Assembly (NCBI RefSeq): GCF_009914755.1 | Contig: NC_060937.1 | Direction: 5' to 3' (one strand) | DNA: 64,000 nt | Source of the DNA: the human T2T-CHM13v2.0 reference genome, Homo sapiens | In this document: piece by piece, positions 54,101-64,000 of the stretch | Layout: each line of letters opens with the position of its first letter | Position numbering within the stretch: the stretch's first letter is position 1 | Program-made: the position numbers and the translations under genes | The notes under the pieces: model-generated | What the model saw: the letters and a program-made list of their open reading frames with translations, nothing else | Database searches by the model: none | What the model was told of the DNA's origin: nothing

Positions 54101-57100
54101 GCATGGACTGTTTCTTCAGGATGGGCCCAGGTAAGCAAGGACCATTCCTTCAGGATGGAGCCAGGTAAATGTGGACCATTCCTTCAGGATGGAGCAAGGT
54201 AAGCATGGACTGTTTCTTCAGGATGGGCCCATGTAAGCATGTACCATTCCTTCAGGATGGATTCAGGTAAGTATGGACCATTCCTTCAGAATGGAGCAAG
54301 GTAAGCATGGACTCATTCTTCAGGATGGGCCCAGGTAAGCATGGACCATTCCTTCAGGATGGAGCCAGGTAAGTGTGGACCATTCCTTCAGAATACAGCC
54401 AGGTAACCATGGAGTGTTTCTTCAGGATGGGCCCAGGTAAGCATGGACCATTCCTTCAGAATGGAGCCAGGTAAGTGTGGACCATTCCTTCAGAATACAG
54501 CCAGGTAAGCATGGACTGTTTCTTCAAGATGGGCCCAGGTAAGCACGGACCATTCCTTCAGGATGGAGCCAGGTAAGTGTGGACCATTTCTTCAGAATAC
54601 AGCCAGGTAAGCATGGACTGTTTCTTCAGGATGGGCCCAGGTAAGCATGGACCATTCCTTCAGAGTGGAGTCAGGTAAGTGTGGACCATTCCTTCAGGAT
54701 GGAGCAAGGTAAGCATGGACTGTTTCTTCAGGATGGGCCCAGGTAAGCATGGACCATTCCTTCAGGATGGAGCCAGGTAAGTGTGGACCATTCCTTCAGA
54801 ATACAGCCAGGTAAGCATGGACTGTTTCTTCAGGATGGGCCCAGGTAAGCATGGACCATTCCTTCAGGATGGAGCCAGGTAAGTGTGGACCATTTCTTCA
54901 GAATACAGCCAGGTAAGCATGGACTGTTTCTTCAGGATGGGCCCAGGTAAGCATGGACCATTCCTTCAGGATGGAGTCACGTAAGTGTGGACCATTCCTT
55001 CAGGATGGAATCAGGTAAGCAGGGACCATTCCTTCAGAATACAGCCAGGTAAGCATGCACAGTTTCTTCAGGATGGGCCCAGTTAATCATGGACCATTCC
55101 TTCAGGATGTAGTCAGGTAAGTGGGGACCATTCCTTCAGGATGGATAAAGGTAACCATGGACTGTTTCTTCAGGATGGGCCCAGGTAAGCATGGACCATT
55201 CCTTCAGGATGGAGCCAGGTAAGTGTGGACCATTCCTTCAGAATACAGCCAGGTAAGCATGGAATGTTTCTTCAGGATGGGCCCAGGTAAGCATGGAACA
55301 TTCCTTCAGGATGGAGTCAGGTAATTGTGGACCATTCCTTCAGAATACAGCCAGGTAAGCATGGACTGTTTCTTCAGGATGGGCCCAGGTAAGCATGGAC
55401 CATTCCTTCAGGATGGAGTCACATAAGTGTGGACCATTCCTTCACGATGGAATCAGGTAGGCAGGGACCATTCCTTCAGCATACAGCCAGGTAAGCATGG
55501 ACTGTTTCTTCAGGATGGGCCCAGGTAAGCAAGGACAATTCCTTCAGGATGGAGCCAGGTAAATGTGGACCATTCCTTCAGGATGGAGCAAGGTAAGCAT
55601 GGACTGTTTCTTTAGGATGGGCCCATGTAAGCATGGACCATTCCTTCAGGATGGATTCAGGTAAGTATGGACCATTCCTTCAGAATGGAGCAAGGTAAGC
55701 ATGGACTCTTTCTTCAGGATGGGCCCAGGTAAGCATGGACCATTCCTTCAGGATGGAGCCAGGTAAGTGTGGACCATTCCTTCAGAATACAGCCAGGTAA
55801 CCATGGACTGTTTCTTCGGGATGGGCCCAGGTAAGCATGGACCATTCCTTCAGAATGGAGCCAGGTAAGTGTGGACCATTCCTTCAGAATACAGCCAGGT
55901 AAGCATGGACTGTTTCTTCAAGATGGGCCCAGGTAAGCACGCACCATTCCTTCAGGATGGAGCCAGGTAAGTGTGGACCATTTCTTCAGAATACAGCCAG
56001 GTAAGCATGGACTGTTTCTTCAGGATGGGCCCAGGTAAGCATGGACCATTCCTTCAGGATGGAGCCAGGTAAGTGTGGACCATTCCTTCAGAATACAGCC
56101 AGGTAAGCATGGACTGTTTCTTCAGGATGGGACCAGGTAAGCATGGATCATTCCTTCAGGATGGAGTCACGTAAGTGTGGACCATTCCTTCAGGATGGAA
56201 TCAGGTAAGCAAGGACCATTCCTTCAGAATACAGCCAGGTAAGCATGAACTGTTTCTTCAGGATGGGCCCAGGTAAGAATGGACCATTCCTTCAGGATGG
56301 AGCCAGGTAAGTGTGGACCATTCCTTCAGAATACAGCCAGGTATGCATGGACTCTTTCTTCAGGATGGGCCCAGGTAACCATGGACCATTCCTTCAGGAT
56401 AGAGCCAGGTAAGTGTGGAACATTCCTTCAGAATACGGCCAGGTAAGCATGGACTGTATCTTCAGGATGGGCCCAGGTAAGAATGGACCATTCCCTCAGG
56501 ATGGAGCCAGGTAAGTGTGGACCATTCCTTCAGAATACAGCCAGGTATGCATGGACTCTTTCTTCAGGATGGGCCCAGGTAACCATGGACCATTCCTTCA
56601 GGATAGAGGCAGGTAAGTGTGGAACATTCCTTCAGAATACAGCCAGGTAACCATGGACTGTATCTTCAGGATGGGCCCAGGTAAGCATGGACCATTCCTT
56701 CAGAGTGGAGTCAGGTAAATGTGGACCATTCCTTCAGGATGGAGCAAGGTAAGCATGGACTGTTTCTTCAGGATGGGCCCAGGTAAGCATGGACCATCCC
56801 TTCAGGATGGAGCCAGGTAAGCGTGCACCATTCCTTCAGAATACAGCCAGGTAACCATGGACTGTTTCTTCACGATGGGCCCAGGTAAGCATGGACCATT
56901 CCTTCAGGATGCAGCCAGGTAAGTGTGGACCATTTCTTCAGAATACAGGCAGGTAAGCATGGAGTGTTTCTTCAGGATGGGCCCAGGTAAGCATGGACCA
57001 TTCCTTCAGGATGGAGTCACGTAATTGTGGACCATTCCTTCAGAATACAGCCAGGTAAGCATGGACTGTTTCTTCAGGATGGGCCCAGGTAAGCATGGAC

Positions 57101-60100
57101 CATTCCTTCAGGATGGAGTCACATAAGTGTGGGCCATTCCTTCAGGATGGAATCAGGTAAGCAGGGACCAATCCCTCAGGATGGAGCAAGGTAAGCATGG
57201 ACTGTTTCTTCAGGATGGGCCCAGGTAAGCATGGACCATTCCTTCAGGATGGAGCCAGGTAAGTGTGGACCATTTCTTCAGAATACAGCCAGGTAAGCAT
57301 GGACTGTTTCCTCAAGATGGGCCCAGGTAAGCATGGACCATTCCTTCAGGATGGAGTCACGTAAGTGTGGACCATTCCTTCAAGATGGCATCAGGTAAGC
57401 AGGGACCATTCCTTCAGAATACAGCCAGGTAAGCATGGACTGATTCTTCAGGATGAGCCCAGGTCAGCATGGACCATTCCTTCAGGGTGGATTCAGGGAA
57501 GTGTGGACCCTTCCTTCAGGATGGAGCCAGGTAAGTGTGGACCATTTCTTCATAATACAGCCAGGTAAGCATGGACTGTTTCTTCAGGATGGGCCCAAGT
57601 AAGCATGGACCATTCCTTCAGGATGGAGTCAGGTAAGTATGGACCATTCCTTCAGAATGCAACAAGGTAAGCATGGACTGTTTCTTCAGGATGGGCCCAG
57701 TTAAGCATGGACCATTCCTTCAGGATGGAGTCAGGTAAGTGTGGACCACTGCATCAGGATGCAGCAAGGTAAGCATTGACTGCTTCTTCAGGATGGGCCC
57801 AGGTAAGCATGGACCATTCCTTCAGAATGGAGCCAGGTAAGTGTGGACCATTCCTTCAGAATACAGCCAGGTAAGCATGGACTGTTTCTTCAGGATGGGC
57901 CCAGGTAAACATGGACCATACCTTCAGGATGGAGACAGGAAAGTGTGGATCATTCCTTCAGAATACAGCCAGGTAAGCATGGACTGTTTCTTCAGGATGG
58001 GCCCATGTTACCATGGACCATTCCTTCAGGATGGATTCAGGTAAGTATGGACCATTCCTTCAGAATGGAGCAAGGTAAGCATGGACTCTTTCTTCAGGAT
58101 GGGCCCAGGTAAGCATGGACCATTCCTTCAGGATGGAGCCAGGTAAGTGTGGACCATTCCTTCAGAATACAGCCAGGTAACCATGGACTGTTTCTTCAGG
58201 ATGGGCCCAGGTAAGCATGGACCATTCCTTCAGAATGGAGCCAGGTAAGTGTGGACCATTTCTTCAGAATACAGCCAGGTAAGCATGGACTGTTTCTTCA
58301 AGATGGGCCCAGGTAAGCACGGACCATTTCTTCAGGATGGAGCCAGGTAAGTGTGGACCATTTCTTCAGAATACAGCCAGGTAAGCATGGACTGTTTCTT
58401 CAGGATGGGCCCAGGTAAGCATGGACCATTCCTTCAGAGTGGAGTCAGGTAAGTGTGGACCATTCCTTCAGGATGGAGCAAGGTAAGCATGGACTGTTTC
58501 TTCAGGATGGGCCCAGGTAAGCATGGACCATTCCTTCAGGATGGAGCCAGGTAAGTGTGGACCATTCCTTCAGAATACAGCCAGGTAAGCATGGACTGTT
58601 TCTTCAGGATGGGCCCAGGTAAGCATGGACCAGTACTGCAGGATGGAGCCAGGTAAGTGTGGACCATTTCTTCAGAATACAGCCAGGTAAGCATGGACTG
58701 TTTCTTCAGGATGGGCCCAGGTAAGCATGGACCATTCCTTCAGGATGGAGTCACGTAAGTGTGGACCATTCCTTCAGGATGGAATCAGGTAAGCAGGGAC
58801 CATTCCTTCAGAATACAGCTAGGTAAGCATGCACTGTTTCTTCAGGATGGGCCCAGTTAATCATGGACCATTCTTTCAGGATGGAGTCACGTAAGTGGGG
58901 ACCATTCCTTCAGGATGGATCAAGGTAAGCATGGACTGTTTCTTCAGGATGGGCCCAGGTAAACATGGACCATTCCTTCAGGATGGAGCCAGGTAAGTGT
59001 GGACCATTCCTTCAGAATACAGCCAGGTAAGCATGGACTGTTTCTTCAGGATGGGCCCAGGTAAGCATGGACCATTCCTTCAGGATAGAGCCAGGTAAGT
59101 GTGGACCATTCCTTCAGAATACAGTCAGGTAAGCATGGAGTGTTTCTTCAGGATGGGCCCAGGTAAGCATGGACCATTCCTTCAGAGTGGAGTCAGGTAA
59201 GTGTGGACCATTCCTTCAGGATGGAGCAAGGTAAGCATGGACTGTTTCTTCAGGATGGGCCCAGGTAAGCATGGACCATTCCTTCAGGATGGAGCCAGGT
59301 AAGTGTGGACCATTCCTTCGGAATACTGCCAGGTAAGCATGGAGTGTTTCTTCAGGATGGGCCCAGGTAAGCATGGACCATTCCTTCAGGAGGGAGCCAG
59401 GTAAGTGTGGACCATTCCTTCGGAATACAGCCAGGTAAGCTTGGAGTGTTTCTTCAGGATGGGCCCAGGTAAGCATGGAACATTCCTTCAGGATGGAGTC
59501 AGGTAATTGTGGACCATTCCCTCAGACTACAGCCAGGTAAGCATGGACTGTTTCTTCAGGATGGGCCCAGGTAAGCATGGACCATTCCTTCAGGATGGAG
59601 TCACATAAGTGTGGACCATTCCTTCACGATGGAATCAGGTAGGCAGGGACCATTCCTTCAGAATACAGCCAGGTAAGCATGGACTGTTTCTTCAGGATGG
59701 GCCCAGGTAAGCAAGGACCATTCCTTCAGGATGGAGCCAGGTAAATGTGGACCACTCCATCAGGATGCAGCAAGGTAAGCATGGACTGCTTCTTCAGGAT
59801 GGGCCCAGGTAAGCATGGACTATTCCGTGAGGATGGAGCCAGGTAATCAGTGACCATTCCTTCAGAATACAGCCAGGTAAGCATGGACTGTTTCTTCAGG
59901 ATGGGCCCAGGTAAACATGGACCATTTCTTCAGGATGGAGACAGGAAAGTGATGATCATGCCTTCAGAATACAGGCAGGTAAGCATGTACTGTTTCTTCA
60001 GGATGGGCCCAGGTAAGCATGGACCATTCCTTCAGGATGGAGCCAGGTAAGTGTGGACCATTCCTTCAGAATACAGCCAGGTAAGCATGGACTGTTTCTT

Positions 60101-63100
60101 CAGGATGGGACCAGGTAAGCATGGACCATTCCTTCAGGATGGAGTCACGTAAGTGTGGACCATTCCTTCAGGATGGAATCAGGTAAGCAAGGACCACTCC
60201 TTCAGAATACAGCCAGGTAAGCATGAACTGTTTCTTCAGTATGGGCCCAGGTAAGAATGGACCATTCCTTCAGGATGGAGCCAGGTAAGTGTGGACCATT
60301 CCTTCAGAATACAGCCAGGTATGCATGCACTCTTTCTTCAGGATGGGCCCAGGTAACCATGGACCATTCCTTCAGGATAGAGCCAGGTAAGTGTGGAACA
60401 TTCCTTCAGAATACGGCCAGGTAAGCATGCACTGTATCTTCAGGATGTGCCCAGGTAAGAATGGACCATTCCCTCAGGATGGAGCCAGGTAAGTGTGGAC
60501 CATTCCTTCAGAATACAGCCAGGTATGCATGGACTCTTTCTTCAGGATGGGCCCAGGTAACCATGGACCATTCCTTCAGGATAGAGCCAGGTAAGTGTGG
60601 AACATTCCTTCAGAACACGGCCAGGTAAGCATGGACTGTATCTTCAGGATGGGCCCAGGTAAGCATGGACCATTCCTTCAGAGTGGAGTCAGGTAAGTGT
60701 GGACCATTCCTTCAGGATGGAGCAAGGAAAGCATGGACTGTTTCTTCAGGATGGGCCCAGATAAGCATGGACCATCCCTTCAGGATGGAGCCAGGTAAGC
60801 GTGCACCATTCCTTCAGAATACAGCCAGGTAACCATGGACTGTTTCTTCACGATGGGCCCAGGTAAGCATGGACCATTCCTTCAGGATGCAGCCAGGTAA
60901 GTGTGGACCATTTCTTCAGAATACAGGCAGGTAAGCATGGAGTGTTTCTTCAGGATGGGCCCAGGTAAGCATGGACCATTCCTTCAGGATGGAGTCACGT
61001 AAGTGTGGACCATTCCTTCAAGATGGAATCAGGTAAGCAGGGACCATTCCTTCAGAATACAGCCAGGTAAGCATGGACTGTTTCTTCAGGATGAGCCCAG
61101 GTCAGCATGGACCATTCCTTCAGGGTGGATTCAGGGAAGTGTGGACCCTTCCTTCAGGATGGAGCCAGGTAAGTGTGGACCATTTCTTCATAATACAGCC
61201 AGGTAAGCATGGACTGTTTCTTCAGGATGGGCCCAGGTAAACATGGACCATTCCTTCAGGATGGAGTCAGGTAAGTATGGACCATTCCTTCAGAATGCAA
61301 CAAGGTAAGCATGGACTGTTTCTTCAGGATGGGCCCAGTTAAGCATGGACCATTCCTTCAGGATGGAGTCAGGTAAGTGTGGACCACTCCATCAGGATGC
61401 AGCAAGGTAAGCATTGACTGCTTCTTCAGGATGGGCCCAGGTAAGCATGGACTATTCCTTGAGGATGGAGCCAGGTAATCACTGACCATTCCTTCAGAAT
61501 ACAGCCAGTTAAGCATGGACTGTTTCTTCAGGATGGGCCCAGGTAAGCATGGACCATTCCTTCAGGATGGAGTCAGGTAAGTGTTGACCATTCCTTCAGA
61601 ATACAGCCAGGTAAGCATGGACTGTTTCTTCAGGATGGGCCCAGGTAAGTATGAACCAGTCCTTCAGGATGGAGCCAGGTAAGGGTGGACCATTCCTTCA
61701 GAATACAGCCAGGTAAGCATGGACAGTTTCCTCAAGATGGGCCCAGGTAAGCATGGACCAATCCTTCAAGATGGAGTCAGGTAAGTGTGGACCATTCCTT
61801 CAGGATGGAATCAGGTAAGCAGGGACCATTCCTTCAGAATACAGCCAGGTAAGCATGCACTGTTTCTTCAGGATGGGCCCAGTTAAGCATGGACCATTCC
61901 TTCAGGATGGAGTCAGGTAAGTGTGGACCATTCCTTCAGGATGGGCCCAGGTAAGCATGGACCATTCCTTCAGGATGAAGTCAGGTAAGTGTGGACCATT
62001 CCTTCAGAATACAGCCAGGTAAGCATGGACTGTTTCTTCATGATGGGCCCAGGTAACCATGGACCATTCCTTCAGGATAGAGCCAGGTAAGTGTGGACCA
62101 TTCCTTCAGAATACAGCCAGGTAAGAATGGACTGTTTCTTCAGGATGGGCCCAGGTAAGCATGGACCATTCCTTCAGAGTGGAGTCAGGTAAGTGTGGAC
62201 CATTCCTTCAGGATGGAGCAAGGTAAGCATGGACTGTTTCTTCAGGATGGGCCCAGGTAAGCATGGACCATTCCTTCAGCATGGAGCCAGGTAAGTGTGG
62301 ACCATTCCATCAGAATACAGCCAGGTAAGCATGGAGTGTTTCTTCAGGATGGGCCCAGGTAAGCATGGACCATTCCTTCAGGATGGAGCCAGGTAAGTGT
62401 GGACCATTTCTTCAGAATACAGCCAGGTAAGCATGGACTATTTCTTCAGGATGGGCCCAGGTAAGCATGGACCATTCCTTCCGGGTGGAGTCAGGTAAGT
62501 GTGGACCATTCCTTCAGGATGGAGCAAGGTAAGCATGGACTGTTTCTTCAGGATGGGCCCAGGGAAGCATGGACCATTCCTTCAGGATGCAGTCAGGTAT
62601 TTGTGGACCATTCCTTCAGAATGGAGCCAGGTAAGCATGGAGTGTTTCTTCAGGATGGGCCCAGGTAAGCATGGACCATTCCTTCAGGTTGGAGCCAGGG
62701 AAGTGTGGACCATTCCTTCAGAATACAGCCAGGTAAGCATGTACTGTTTCTTCAGGATGGGCCCAGGTAAACATGGACCATACCTTCAGGATGGAGACAG
62801 GAAAGTGTGGATCATTCCTTCAGAATACAGCCAGGTAAGCATGGACTGTTTCTTCAGGATGGGCCCAGGTAAGCATGGACCGTTCCTTCAGGATGGAGCC
62901 AGTAAGTGTGGACCATTCCTTCAGAATACAGCCAGGTAAGCATGGACTGTTTCTTCAGGATGGGCCCATGTTAGCATGGACCATTCCTTCAGGATGGATT
63001 CAGGTAAGTATGGACCATTCCTTCAGAATGGAGCAAGGTAAGCATGGACTCTTTCTTCAGGATGGGCCCAGGTAAGCATGGACCATTCCTTCAGGATGGA

Positions 63101-64000
63101 GCCAGGTAAGTGTGGACCATTCCTTCAGAATACAGCCAGGTAACCATGGACTGTTTCTTCAGGATGGGCCCAGGTAAGCATGGACCATTCCTTCAGAATG
63201 GAGCCAGGTAAGTGTGGACCATTCCTTCAGAATACAGCCAGGTAAGCATGGACTGTTTCTTCAAGATGGGCCCAGGTAAGCACGGACCATTCCTTCAGGA
63301 TGGAGCCAGGTAAGTGTGGACCATTTCTTCAGAATACAGCCAGGTAAGCATGGACTGTTTCTTCAGGATGGGCCCAGGTAAGCATGGACCATTCCTTCAG
63401 GATGGAGTCACGTAAGTGTGGACCATTCCTTCACGATGCAATCAGGTAGGCAGGGACCATTCCTTCAGAATACAGCCAGGTAAGCATGGACTGTTTCTTC
63501 AGGATGGGCCCAGGTAAGCAAGGACCATTACTTCAGGATGGAGCCAGGTAAATGTGGACCATTCCTTCAGGATGGAGCAAGGTAAGCATGGACTGTTTCT
63601 TCAGGATGGGCCCATGTAAGCATGGACCATTCCTTCAGGATGGATTCAGGTAAGTATGGACCATTCCTTCAGAATGGAGCAAGGTAAGCATGGACTCTTT
63701 CTTCAGGATGGGCCCAGGTAAGCACGGACCATTCCTTCAGGATGGAGCCAGGTAAGTGTGGACCATTTCTTCAGAATACAGCCAGGTAAGCATGGACTGT
63801 TTCTTCAGGATGGGCCCAGGTAAGCATGGACCATTCCTTCAGAGTGGAGTCAGGTAAGTGTGGACCATTCCTTCAGGATGGAGCAAGGTAAGCATGGACT
63901 GTTTCTTCAGGATGGGCCCAGGTAAGCATGGACCATTCCTTCAGGATGGAGCCAGGTAAGTGTGGACCATTCCTTCAAAATACAGCCAGGTAAGCATGGA
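45198..64000 (+). repeat. Homogenised 34-bp satellite with 102-bp trimeric higher-order repeat, running off the window end
   Basis: A=GGACCATTCCTTCAGGATGGAGCCAGGTAAGTGT (53255-53288), B=GGACCATTCCTTCAGAATACAGCCAGGTAAGCAT (53289-53322), C=GGACTGTTTCTTCAGGATGGGCCCAGGTAAGCAT (53323-53356); about 550 monomers here and about 600 including the edge (length/34). Confidence 0.98.

Noticed and set aside
43638-63075. Repeated ORFs in the satellite (MWTIPSEYSQVSMDCFFRMGPGKHGPFLQDG.. and the minus-strand MLTWAHPEET..) as a repeat-protein gene
   Set aside because: They open only where a variant monomer loses the periodic stop, are at most 146 aa, often start at non-ATG codons, and recur simply because DNA blocks are duplicated.
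43706-64000. CRISPR-like array (34-bp units with a partial palindrome)
   Set aside because: Units are head-to-tail with no unique spacers, there are no cas genes, and the context is primate Alu/L1 DNA.
43706-64000. HSat2/HSat3 classical satellite, suggested by CATTCC/GGATGG
   Set aside because: There is only about one CATTC per 34-bp unit and no underlying pentamer periodicity.

Overview
Primate (very probably human) non-coding genomic DNA; no credible protein-coding gene or structural RNA gene is visible. Bases 1-43.5 kb mix unique sequence with interspersed repeats: old antisense L1M pieces, a sense L1PA ORF2 fragment, four Alus, MIR/L2, MaLR (MST, MLT1), ERVL/MLT2 and ERV9/LTR12 LTRs, two DNA-transposon MITEs and several short VNTRs. 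From ~43.7 kb to the window end lies a >20-kb array of a 34-bp monomer (~600 copies). It has a diverged monomeric edge, a homogenised 102-bp trimer and kb-scale block duplications. The main observation is that each monomer on the + strand reads as a splice cassette: pyrimidine tract-CAG | 11 nt ending in CAG | GTAAGT or GTAAGC. The array starts ~170 bp downstream of a same-strand MLT2 LTR. Repeat family names come from recalled consensus sequences, not a database search, and transcription or splicing of the array is a hypothesis.
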